A stretch of 64,000 bases of DNA from Candidatus Wolfebacteria bacterium GW2011_GWB1_47_1 (lineage in GTDB: Bacteria > Patescibacteriota > Minisyncoccia > UBA6257 > UBA9933), in assembly GCA_001029635.1 (NCBI GenBank), contig CP011209.1, positions 484,970 through 548,969 on the forward strand. The letters are read 5' to 3'. Made by a program: the position numbers and the translations under genes. The notes under the pieces are model-generated. The model was not told the DNA's origin. It did not search any database and saw only the letters and a program-made list of their open reading frames with translations. Below are positions 25,663 to 34,054 of this stretch, piece by piece; the first letter of the stretch is position 1, and every line of letters begins with the position of its first letter.

Positions 25663-28146
25663 ATGGCAATGGACAATCAGATACAAAAAGACGAATCCGA
25701 TCAGCACCAGATGATACAAAAGCAGGAAGCTATTCGCCTTGGGTTTTTTGAAAGCATGGATCAGGTTAATCGGGCCATACAGGGGGCAAGTGATCTTGAA
25801 CAGATGCTCGGTGGCGTTTTGGAAAAAGTATTCTCCATCTTTAATTGTGACCGCGCATGGCTTCTTTATCCGTGTGATCCTGATGCCGCATCATTTCGTG
25901 TGCCGATGGAGGTTACTCGACCCGAATATCCGGGCGCCAAAATTTTGAATGTGGATGTACCAATGAACCCGGATGTAGCTCAGAATATGCGTGAGGCGCT
26001 GGTATCTCCCGAACCGGTAGTTTATATTGCCGGTACGGATCGGCCCATTAATAAAGTTACTGCAGAACAATTTGGCGTCCAATCTCAGATATTCACTCCG
26101 GTATATCCCAAAGAGGGAAAGCCTTGGATTTTTGGCATGCATCAGTGCTCATTTCCTCGGGTGTGGACAGAGGAGGAACAACAACTTTTTCAGGAGATAA
26201 GTCGACGACTGGCTGATGGGTTAACCAGTCTATTGGCATATCGTGATATTCAGGAAAAGGAGCGATATTTCCGTGCGTTGTTTTACAACATGCTTACCGG
26301 ACTTGCTCATTGCGAGATGATTTTTAATGACCAAGGAGCTCCTGTTGATTTTCGTTATTTGGACGTCAATCCCGTATTTGAGAAGTTGACCGGACTGAAG
26401 GATGTTGTTGGTAAGTTGGTATCAGAAGTGATCCCGGGTATTAAGGAGAGTGATCCCAAATTGTTTGAAATCTATGGACGCGTAGCTTCGGGCGGCGAAC
26501 CTGAGCAATTTGAGATTTATCTCGAAGCGCTCAAAATATGGTTTTCGATTTCCGTGTTTAGTATGCAGAAAGGATTTTTCACCGCAGTATTCGACAATAT
26601 TACGGAGCAAAAAAATCGAGAATTGCAATTGAGTAAGGCGATGAACGAGCTGAAAAATGTCGTTGATGCATTGCCAAGCATCATATATGTGCTTGATACG
26701 AAATCCAATTTAATTAAATGGAACCGTCGAGCGGAGATAGCGACTGGATATTCAGCCAATGAATTAAAACAAAAGCTTTCTCTTGAGCTTATTGCAGATC
26801 ATGACCAGCCTTCGTTCATTGGAGCGATCAACGATGCGTATGATAAAGAATACGTCGAGGTTGATGCACACCTTGTTAGAAAGGATGGATCAAAACTTCC
26901 TTATCGTTGGTCAGCAGCACCGATGCGCGATGCGCACGGGGCTGATATTGGTATCATTGGCATCGGTTGGGATCTAACCGATCAGATCAAGAGTGCAGCT
27001 AAAATCGCTGCATATCAAGAACAGCAGCGCGTTATCTTGGATTCGGTTCCCGATATCATATGGATGAAGGATGTTAACGGAGTATATCTTTCCGTTAATG
27101 AAGCGTATCTTTCACGTATTGGCAAGCAAAGAGAAGAAATCATCGGAAAGACTGACCTTGATCTTTGGCCTAAAGAATTCGCCGATAAGTATCGAGCTGA
27201 TGATAAGAAAGTCACGGAAAGTGGTTTGCAGAAGCGGATGGAAGAAACCGCCCCTGACCTTAATGGGAATATTATCTGGGTTGAGACAATCAAAATTCCC
27301 GTATATGATGATGCTGGCTTATTACGTGGTATTGCAGGTGTCGCACGCGATATTACCGAGCAGAAGCAGATACGCGAGGCGCTTGAAAAGCAGGAGCTGA
27401 TCAACACGGTCGTTTCAAATAATCTGCCGATCGGCTATGCGATCAACACCATTTCTGACGGGAAGGCCATCTTTATCAATAAAAAGTTTGAAGAGATCTA
27501 TGGATGGCCGCGAGAGACTCTGACGAGCGTGGATGCATTCTTTGAGCATGTGTATCCTAACCCTGAGTTTCGTAAGAAAATAAAGGAGCAGGTAACTATT
27601 GATATCATGAGCGGAGATCCCGTACGTATGGTGTGGGAAAAATTACCTATCGTAAGGCAGTCAGGAGAGACTGCTTACATTACTGCCCGGAATATACCTC
27701 TTACTGAATATGATCTTATGGTCTCTACGGTGCTCGATGTGACTCATCAAGTGAAGGTCGAGAAGGCGTTACGTGAGAGCGAGGGGTTGCAACGGTCGAT
27801 CCTGAATACTATGCCCGAGTTGGTATTCGTTAAGGATACGGAGGGTAGATACATCACTGCCAATAAGGCATGGCTTGCGTTTGTGCATAAAGAACTCGAC
27901 GAGATTATTGGGAAGACGGATCCCGCCATTTTTCCTAAGGAGTACGCGGATACATATCGAGCTGATGATGAGGCGGTTATCAAGACAGGTTCCACAAAGC
28001 GTATCGAGGAAGCGAGCGTCGATGGCGCAGGGGTGACGGCGTGGTTTGAGACAACAAAGGCGCCTTTCTATAACGATGAGAACACAATTGTCGGTATCGT
28101 CGGCATTGCTCGGGACATCACAAGCCAGAAATCGCAACAACAGTAG
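25663..28146 (+). CDS. Multi-PAS/PAC sensory-box protein with no recognisable output domain
   Basis: At least four PAS/PAC repeats with GIARDITEQK-type endings (GVARDITEQKQ, GIARDITSQK). Ends without a kinase, GGDEF or EAL domain. Confidence 0.7.
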   Translation: MAMDNQIQKDESDQHQMIQKQEAIRLGFFESMDQVNRAIQGASDLEQMLGGVLEKVFSIFNCDRAWLLYPCDPDAASFRVPMEVTRPEYPGAKILNVDVPMNPDVAQNMREALVSPEPVVYIAGTDRPINKVTAEQFGVQSQIFTPVYPKEGKPWIFGMHQCSFPRVWTEEEQQLFQEISRRLADGLTSLLAYRDIQEKERYFRALFYNMLTGLAHCEMIFNDQGAPVDFRYLDVNPVFEKLTGLKDVVGKLVSEVIPGIKESDPKLFEIYGRVASGGEPEQFEIYLEALKIWFSISVFSMQKGFFTAVFDNITEQKNRELQLSKAMNELKNVVDALPSIIYVLDTKSNLIKWNRRAEIATGYSANELKQKLSLELIADHDQPSFIGAINDAYDKEYVEVDAHLVRKDGSKLPYRWSAAPMRDAHGADIGIIGIGWDLTDQIKSAAKIAAYQEQQRVILDSVPDIIWMKDVNGVYLSVNEAYLSRIGKQREEIIGKTDLDLWPKEFADKYRADDKKVTESGLQKRMEETAPDLNGNIIWVETIKIPVYDDAGLLRGIAGVARDITEQKQIREALEKQELINTVVSNNLPIGYAINTISDGKAIFINKKFEEIYGWPRETLTSVDAFFEHVYPNPEFRKKIKEQVTIDIMSGDPVRMVWEKLPIVRQSGETAYITARNIPLTEYDLMVSTVLDVTHQVKVEKALRESEGLQRSILNTMPELVFVKDTEGRYITANKAWLAFVHKELDEIIGKTDPAIFPKEYADTYRADDEAVIKTGSTKRIEEASVDGAGVTAWFETTKAPFYNDENTIVGIVGIARDITSQKSQQQ

Positions 28147-28183
28147 AAAGAAAAAACCTTTGATTTTTTGAACATGCTTTCAT

Positions 28184-28882
28184 GTGCTATATATGATGAA
28201 ACGAGCAGTACTTATTTCCGGATATGACGATGTACACATCAAGCCCTTATTAGTGAAGGCTGGTTTTTCTATTGTTGAAACTGACCCTGACCTTGTAATA
28301 AGTTATGGCGGGGATGGCACCTTAATGCGCGCGGAGATTGCATGGCCGGGTATACCGAAGCTAATCATCAAGGGAAGTACTATTTGCAAGTTGTGTAATC
28401 CGCTTCCGAATGAGGAGGTTTTGCGCCGGGTTACCGTAGGTGAATATACAATTCGCGATGTTTGGAAATTAGAGGCGGCCGTTGGCGATGCTGTTTTGAT
28501 TGGTTTGAATGATATTGTTCTTCATAATGAAAATCCGCGACATGCGATCCGATATCGGTTGGATATTTCCGGGCAAGGAGATCTTGGACATGAGATTATT
28601 GGCGATGGAATTGTAGTTGCGACACCATTTGGATCGACTGGCTATTATCGGAGTATTACGCACAGTTTTTTTGAGGTGGGGGTCGGACTTGCGTTCAATA
28701 ATAGCACCGAGCGTTTCGATCACATGGTGCTTCGTGACAATTCCATTATTACGGCTACGATTGTGCGCGGCCCTGCCGCAATCTATGCGGATAATCATAT
28801 GGATGTTCGCGTGTTGCATGAAGGCGATTTGATCACGATTCGCAGATCGGATCAATTCGCACGCATCATTACCGTTGTGTGA
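28184..28882 (+). CDS. nadK: NAD(+) kinase
   Basis: GGDGTLM and DGIVVATPFGSTGYYRS motifs. The start could be 28184, 28193 or 28196. Confidence 0.8.
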   Translation: MLYMMKRAVLISGYDDVHIKPLLVKAGFSIVETDPDLVISYGGDGTLMRAEIAWPGIPKLIIKGSTICKLCNPLPNEEVLRRVTVGEYTIRDVWKLEAAVGDAVLIGLNDIVLHNENPRHAIRYRLDISGQGDLGHEIIGDGIVVATPFGSTGYYRSITHSFFEVGVGLAFNNSTERFDHMVLRDNSIITATIVRGPAAIYADNHMDVRVLHEGDLITIRRSDQFARIITVV

Positions 28883-28920
28883 TCTATGAATATAAAAGTG
28901 GCATAAATCGTTTTTGGTCG

Positions 28921-29156
28921 TTGTGCCCCCGCTAGGTGCCCGCTTCGCTGCACTGCGTTCCGCTTGGGGGCAGGGCGCGCAGAAGAATAATGCGCGCCCT
29001 GCATTCCGTCGCGTTGCACGCTCTCCGTCGGCTGACGGATCGCTAGCAACGACCCAAGTCACAGCTCAATCGGACTGTGCCTTCGGCGTCCGATTCCTAG
29101 GGGTAAATCATAAAACACCCCGTAAGGAGTGTTTTATGATTTGTGCCCCCGCTAGG
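28921..29156. repeat. GC-rich multi-hairpin segment bracketed by 16-bp direct repeats (ttgtgcccccgctagg at 28921-28936 and 29141-29156). Candidate ncRNA or mobile-element remnant.
   Basis: Sharp GC rise versus flanks. Hairpins cagggcgcgca/tgcgcgccctg (28967-29003), cgtc-ggct-gacg, aatcggac/gtccgatt with an internal gccTTCGgc, and a roughly 28-bp stem 29090-29166 (cgattcctaggggtaaatcataaaacac / gtgttttatgatttgtgcccccgctaggaatcg). Confidence 0.5.
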
Positions 29157-29278
29157 AATCGGACCTAGATTGGGAGATTAGAAGTCTCCAGTTCTATCCA
29201 TTGAACTACAGGGGCGGTCAGGTACATTTACTTTTGCAACTATTTCAGTATACTAAGAAAGCAATAAACTGCAACAAA

Positions 29279-29349
29279 CGGAGAGTAGTATAGTGGTAGT
29301 ATGTATGCTTTGGGAGCATATGGTCCGGGTTCGATTCCCGGCTCTCCGA
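29279..29349 (+). tRNA. tRNA-Pro (anticodon UGG)
   Basis: Acceptor CGGAGAG/CUCUCCG, anticodon stem UAUGC/GCAUA, loop UUUGGGA with G37, T-arm CCGGG-UUCGAUU-CCCGG. Confidence 0.75.
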
Positions 29350-29463
29350 CTAAGATAATACACAATCAATAACATATAACCAACAACAGGGTATTAGGCG
29401 GGGGGGGAAGTATTGATTCTGATTGGCAATCTGTGTATACTTGAAAAGCAAATTTGGAAAGCC

Positions 29464-29538
29464 GCCGCGGTAGCTCAGCGGTAGAGCGTTGCCCTGAAGA
29501 GGCAAGCGTCGGGGGTTCAACTCCCTCCCGCGGCACCA
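29464..29538 (+). tRNA. tRNA-Phe (anticodon GAA), CCA encoded
   Basis: Acceptor GCCGCGG/CCGCGGC, D-arm GCUC-AGCGGUA-GAGC, anticodon stem UUGCC/GGCAA, loop CUGAAGA, T-arm GGGGG-UUCAACU-CCCUC, 3' ACCA. Confidence 0.85.
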
Positions 29539-29659
29539 ATAGGGATTTGATTAAACAGAAAGAGGCTTTTGTGAGGAAAGCCTCTTTTTGTTCCCCATTG
29601 ACTTTTCTTGTTTTTTATTACAAAACTAAATTAGTATTATTCCAACTGAGGAGGTTTCA

Positions 29660-30253
29660 ATGAATGTATTCAGGAAAGAACTTCAAGCACTTCTCAAGGC
29701 CGCACGGCGGGAGTCTGCGGTTGGAGGGCGAGCCGCTTTAGATAAGCGGGCTCGCAAGCTTTTCGACATGTACCTCGGAGGAGGGGATATTTATGCGACG
29801 GACGAGTCCGTTTGCGGAGAGCTCCTTCATATAACCGTCGATCCCAAAGGGGTTGCCGTTATGTACCATGTGGGTGGTAGACTCTGGCGCCGGGATGCCG
29901 GCGGTAGGATCTACTACGAGACGTTGGGCGGTCCGGGGAGGTCCTTTAAATTCATGCCGCATTTAGAGGATGATGTTGTTACGGCGGCTGATTTCTTCGC
30001 GGTCGGATTTCCGTATTTGGAAGAACGACTCGCGTTGGTCCCAATGGATGAAGGGACAGTCGCCGTAGTCAAGGGGGACGTTCATCCCATCTTCTCCATT
30101 GACGCCCTCGATCGGGTAACTCCCGACAGCATTCATGACATGCGTATATTCTCGTCCGGAGAACTGGCCGACAAGGTCTGCCTCTTGTTCGAGGAGCTCG
30201 TATCTGACGCAGACGGGGCGTGGGACAGGGTGTTCTACGCCCTCAATTCCTGA
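29660..30253 (+). CDS. Hypothetical protein, GC-rich island gene 1 (paralog of 30376..31059)
   Basis: Good RBS (gaggagg). Shares an F-x-x-YLGGGD / FLGGED block and overall pattern with the next gene. Composition atypical for the window. Confidence 0.5.
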   Translation: MNVFRKELQALLKAARRESAVGGRAALDKRARKLFDMYLGGGDIYATDESVCGELLHITVDPKGVAVMYHVGGRLWRRDAGGRIYYETLGGPGRSFKFMPHLEDDVVTAADFFAVGFPYLEERLALVPMDEGTVAVVKGDVHPIFSIDALDRVTPDSIHDMRIFSSGELADKVCLLFEELVSDADGAWDRVFYALNS

Positions 30254-30269
30254 CCTGCGTTGGAAATGT

Positions 30270-30305
30270 GAACAAACCCCGACACCGTAAGGTGTCGGGC
30301 CTTTT
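30270..30305 (+). terminator. Rho-independent terminator (ccccgacaccgtaaggtgtcgggcctttt)
   Basis: Perfect hairpin plus T-run after the 29660..30253 gene. Confidence 0.7.
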
Positions 30306-30375
30306 AATTGACTTTACCATCTTTTTATTGCAAGAATAGACCCAGTACTATTTCACGGCATTTCAAGGGAGGGTA

Positions 30376-31059
30376 ATGATGTCGCGCACACAATTAAGAG
30401 ACTTGTTGATTTCGGCTTTGTCGTTCAGTGACAGCAAAGGAGCCAAACTTTGGGAGAAGCATCTTGTCACTGGCTTCGATGCATTTTTGGGCGGAGAGGA
30501 CGTCTTTGACGCCGCCTACAACGATCGACCAGTCGCATACATGCTCGCGACCATAGTTGAGCGTTCATCTGTTCGTTTTGCCATATACTGCGGAGGATCG
30601 TTCCATGCCGATACGATTTTAGCTGACAGGGTCGGTTATGTGATCACCGGCAAGGGTCTTTCCGTTCGCTATCTGCGAGGAGACCATGAGGAGGTCCGGG
30701 GTGAAATAGCCGACGGCTATCATGCGGCACTCGATCATTTTGGAGCTGATGCATTCCGGGAAATGTTCAACAAGATGATTCTTTATAGCGCCATAAATGA
30801 TGCGTCCCTGCTTGATGTCGATCGGGGCGTTGTGGAGAGTATCCTCATAGTTCCGGGTGGTGTTATAAGCGATCCACTACGGCTTGAGGTGCCTCGCGTG
30901 AGTCGCTTGCGGTCTGGAACGTACTACGACCTGCGCAGCTACGATAACCGCGAAGACCTGGTTAACGGTGTCTATGGGGCGTGGACGGCTCTTGTCTCGT
31001 CTCGGGAACAGGACTGGGCTCGGTTTCTCGAGCTTATCCAGCCTGTCTTTGGCGACTAG
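30376..31059 (+). CDS. Hypothetical protein, GC-rich island gene 2 (paralog of 29660..30253)
   Basis: RBS gggaggg. Aligns loosely with island gene 1. No known motif. Confidence 0.5.
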   Translation: MMSRTQLRDLLISALSFSDSKGAKLWEKHLVTGFDAFLGGEDVFDAAYNDRPVAYMLATIVERSSVRFAIYCGGSFHADTILADRVGYVITGKGLSVRYLRGDHEEVRGEIADGYHAALDHFGADAFREMFNKMILYSAINDASLLDVDRGVVESILIVPGGVISDPLRLEVPRVSRLRSGTYYDLRSYDNREDLVNGVYGAWTALVSSREQDWARFLELIQPVFGD

Positions 31060-31077
31060 GGCTATATCACTTCAACA

Positions 31078-31100
31078 GAGAGGGCGGGATATTCCGCCCT
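31078..31100 (+). terminator. Rho-independent terminator (agagggcgggatattccgccctctttttt)
   Basis: Hairpin plus T-run after island gene 2. Confidence 0.7.
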
Positions 31101-31158
31101 CTTTTTTCTCCTTGAAATAATATTCGGAATGGGTTATTATAAAAACCACGTTGAACAT

Positions 31159-31233
31159 GGTGCCCATAGTTCAGTGGTAGAACGTCGGTTTGTGGTACCG
31201 AAGGTCGAGGGTTCGATACCCTCTGGGCACCCA
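31159..31233 (+). tRNA. tRNA-His (anticodon GUG) with an encoded G-1
   Basis: Extra 5' G pairing with the discriminator C, acceptor GUGCCCA/UGGGCAC, D-arm GUUC-AGUGGUA-GAAC, anticodon stem UCGGU/ACCGA, loop UUGUGGU, T-arm GAGGG-UUCGAUA-CCCUC. Confidence 0.85.
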
Positions 31234-31372
31234 AGTGATAATTAAATAGGGAATGTCTTGTATTTGAGCCGTAAACTTGGTTCGAGTATATTTTTTTATT
31301 TATGGATAAGTTTATGGTCTATGGCGACGAATTGCGAGAGATGCGCGATGTCTATATAATAAAATTAATACT

Positions 31373-32206
31373 ATGGATAGTTTTAAAAATATAGTCATTA
31401 TCTCGGGTATCTCTGGGACCATTGGAAACGCTCTTTTTCAAGAGTTTGTTTTTGATAAAGATACGCTAATTTTCGGAATTTCTCGGCGCGGGATAAAAAA
31501 CCTTAAAACATTACCCCATTATACTTGCATAGTAGATGTGAATCTTGAGGATAAAAAAGATATCGCAAACTTCTCTAAGAAGGTTTTTAGCCTTAACCCA
31601 GAGAGTATTTCCTATATCCATTGTATTGGTCCCTTTAAGACCGAACTTGATAGGGTTACGCTGCAAAGAAAAATAGAAATAGATGACGATGGTGATGGAC
31701 TTGATGATGAGATATATAAAAATATATTTATTCTGGCAAAAAATATGGCGGTTGGCTTAATAAGCCAAAGACAGAATAGCCCTATCCATTTAAGTTTTGT
31801 AAATATAGGATCATTAGTAGAGAATTATGACATATCTATTTTTAGGTCGTGGACAGGCGTGAGGAGGTTGGTGCGGGAAGAATTTAAACGATTAGCTTCT
31901 GATTTTAAAGATATTTCTTCAATAGATATTGTCGTTTCAAGTATTCTTTCGGTGACTGAGCTGATTGCTCGACCTTATGTTTTGGGGACGGATAATGATC
32001 CGCGATATTGGTTAAAACCGCAAGATTTAGCTAAACGTGTTAAAGCCATTATTCTAAAAAGGAAGGATGGTTTTCGACAATACAAAATATTTCATAAAGC
32101 ACCTGGAGTATCACACGATCGATTTAAGGAGAGTGAAATGGTTAAAAGGCGATTATTTGAGCATTATGGGCTCATAAAGAGTGAACCGCGCAAGAAATTT
32201 AAATGA
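31373..32206 (+). CDS. Rossmann-fold SDR / NAD-dependent epimerase-like protein (AT-rich, foreign-looking)
   Basis: N-terminal glycine-rich dinucleotide motif IIISGISGTIGNALFQEF. Very AT-rich compared with the core genes. Sits immediately after tRNA-His. Confidence 0.45.
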   Translation: MDSFKNIVIISGISGTIGNALFQEFVFDKDTLIFGISRRGIKNLKTLPHYTCIVDVNLEDKKDIANFSKKVFSLNPESISYIHCIGPFKTELDRVTLQRKIEIDDDGDGLDDEIYKNIFILAKNMAVGLISQRQNSPIHLSFVNIGSLVENYDISIFRSWTGVRRLVREEFKRLASDFKDISSIDIVVSSILSVTELIARPYVLGTDNDPRYWLKPQDLAKRVKAIILKRKDGFRQYKIFHKAPGVSHDRFKESEMVKRRLFEHYGLIKSEPRKKFK

Positions 32207-32397
32207 TATTTGCCGGTATAAAAGTAGGAATATAAATACTCGCATCATTCTTCCGCGCAAACACAGTTCGAACATCTTCTACTACGGCACCCCAAGAAAT
32301 GCAAAAAATCCCGTGAGGGATTTTTTGTTGCACGTGGAAGTATGCCGCTTGCTTGTGGTACTATATATTCATAACAATAATTAATCCTTATTATCGT

Positions 32398-32820
32398 ATG
32401 AATACATTTGTATGGTCTCCGGAATATAGCGTTGGCGTGCAGTTGGTAGATGAGCAGCATCAGCATTTTTTCTCCATCGCAAACACGCTTGTGGCGATCT
32501 CTCGAGAAGATGATCCTGATCGGGAGTCGCTGCTTAATTTGTTTGGCGAATTGGGGGATTATGCTCTGTATCATTTAAGCACGGAGGAAAGTTTTTTCAG
32601 AGGATTTGAGTACGAAGATGCCGCGGAGCATGTCGCGGCACACGATGCCTATCGAGAGATGATCGCAAGTCGTTTTACGAACGAGATGCAAAAACCCGAT
32701 GCGGATATGAAAAAACTTGCCGAAGAAATGGCTGTGTATTCTGGCACGTGGCTCCAAGACCATATCTTGGGCATGGATAAAAAATTTACCGCGTTCTTTA
32801 ACGTGCATGGGTTTAAATAA
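32398..32820 (+). CDS. Hemerythrin-like (bacteriohemerythrin / HHE cation-binding) protein
   Basis: W-x5-VGV-x3-D-x-QHQ-x-F N-terminal signature, plus further His/Glu ligand positions (YALYHLSTEESFF, EHVAAHDAYRE, WLQDHILGMDKKF). Start at ATG 32398. Confidence 0.7.
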   Translation: MNTFVWSPEYSVGVQLVDEQHQHFFSIANTLVAISREDDPDRESLLNLFGELGDYALYHLSTEESFFRGFEYEDAAEHVAAHDAYREMIASRFTNEMQKPDADMKKLAEEMAVYSGTWLQDHILGMDKKFTAFFNVHGFK

Positions 32821-32929
32821 TTATCAGAACACAACGGCGTATGTATTGCATGCGCCGTTTTGTTTGTGGGTTGCTTGGTGTATACTATTATCTAGAGTTC
32901 AGAATAATCACGTAACCATATCAGAACGT

Positions 32930-33214
32930 ATGAAACGATGGGAATGTCAGAAATGTGGGCATGTTTATAACGGCATGGTGCCGCCGGCGGAATGTCCGAA
33001 CTGCGGATCGCCGCGGGAGCAATTCACGGAATTGGAATTCGAACCGGAGGGGAAGGTGTTTGTCGCCGAGGAGCATATCCCGCAGCATCCAAAGCGCTGG
33101 GAATGTGATAACTGTGGACTTATTGCGTTGAAGGAAGAAGCCCCTGCTGAATGTCCGAGTTGCGGAGCTCCTAAGGAACGGTTTCATCAATTAAACGGCG
33201 AACCAGTCGGATAA
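32930..33214 (+). CDS. Tandem rubredoxin-like zinc-ribbon protein (two CxxC...CPxCG modules)
   Basis: WECQKCGHVY...CPNCGSP and WECDNCGLIA...CPSCGAP. Start at ATG 32930 (MKRWEC). The upstream part of the ORF-track frame overlaps the hemerythrin gene. Confidence 0.65.
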   Translation: MKRWECQKCGHVYNGMVPPAECPNCGSPREQFTELEFEPEGKVFVAEEHIPQHPKRWECDNCGLIALKEEAPAECPSCGAPKERFHQLNGEPVG

Positions 33215-33283
33215 TATACCTATAATTTGTTCTCTGCGCGTCTGTCTCTATTGGCTGCGATGCGCATATATGATCTGCCATAT

Positions 33284-33472
33284 ATGAAACAATATATTAC
33301 ATGGAGATGCGACCGTTGTAACGCGATTTTCAAATTTGATACCGACATCGCGCCATTGCGTTGCCCAGACTGCCTGTCTCCTAAGGAGCATTTGCATCAG
33401 GAGTCGAATGAATATTTATTTGGTAAAAAAATAAGTGAAGGGGACGCTAATGATTCCCATGCTGTCGAATGA
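33284..33472 (+). CDS. Rubredoxin-like zinc-ribbon protein (third module)
   Basis: WRCDRCNAIF...CPDCLSPKE. Start at ATG 33284 (MKQYITW). Confidence 0.55.
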   Translation: MKQYITWRCDRCNAIFKFDTDIAPLRCPDCLSPKEHLHQESNEYLFGKKISEGDANDSHAVE

Positions 33473-34054
33473 TCTTATGCGCAACACCACTACCTGTCAT
33501 GGGTGGTGTTGTTGATTTTACGTGTATTTTTTTGTAGCGCGATTGTAGTAGTTTGCAGCATCTCTTTGAGATCTGCGGGAGGATTTATGCGCAAGCGGAG
33601 GCGATCACAAAAATTTACGCATGGCGGAAGAAAGATCGAGCGAGTCGAGTTGATCAGTGTATGAGATAATTTTATCGGAACATGCATTCTGGTCCTTGGG
33701 GTCTGCGTATGTGGATTCGCATATTGTGTCGCGATCATGTTCGGATTAGGGTTTTATTTGTTCGGCGGATAGTATTTTTTTAAGGCTGGGATGGGTCTAG
33801 GGCGAGGGACGTGGCAACGCGTCCCTTTTATGTTTCTAACGAAAAACCCCAGGCGTAAGCTCGTGGGAGTTTTATATACGGTATTATTTTGTACGGGTCC
33901 GTTAGCCGACCGATTCGGCACAGGATGTTTTTACTTAAGTGATATAGTGTGTATTACACGTATAATTCCCCGAAGAACCATTTTTTTATTGGGCAAAATG
34001 GTGTATAATGAGCCATAACACCAGTAATAAATTCAATAAGAATCCATCATTGTC

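Noticed and set aside
28469-29062. 197-aa minus-strand ORF running antisense through nadK into the GC-rich segment
   Set aside because: Fully overlaps the well-supported nadK frame on the opposite strand. Its composition is an artefact of the GC-rich hairpin region. No RBS.
28917-29170. tmRNA, RNase P RNA or SRP RNA identity for the GC-rich structured segment
   Set aside because: Too short, and lacks the tRNA-like ends or tag ORF of tmRNA, the P4/GNRA modules of RNase P, and the SRP domain IV motif. Left as an unassigned structured segment.
29454-29663. 69-aa + ORF overlapping tRNA-Phe
   Set aside because: The sequence folds as a canonical tRNA-Phe(GAA) with encoded CCA. The ORF is spurious.
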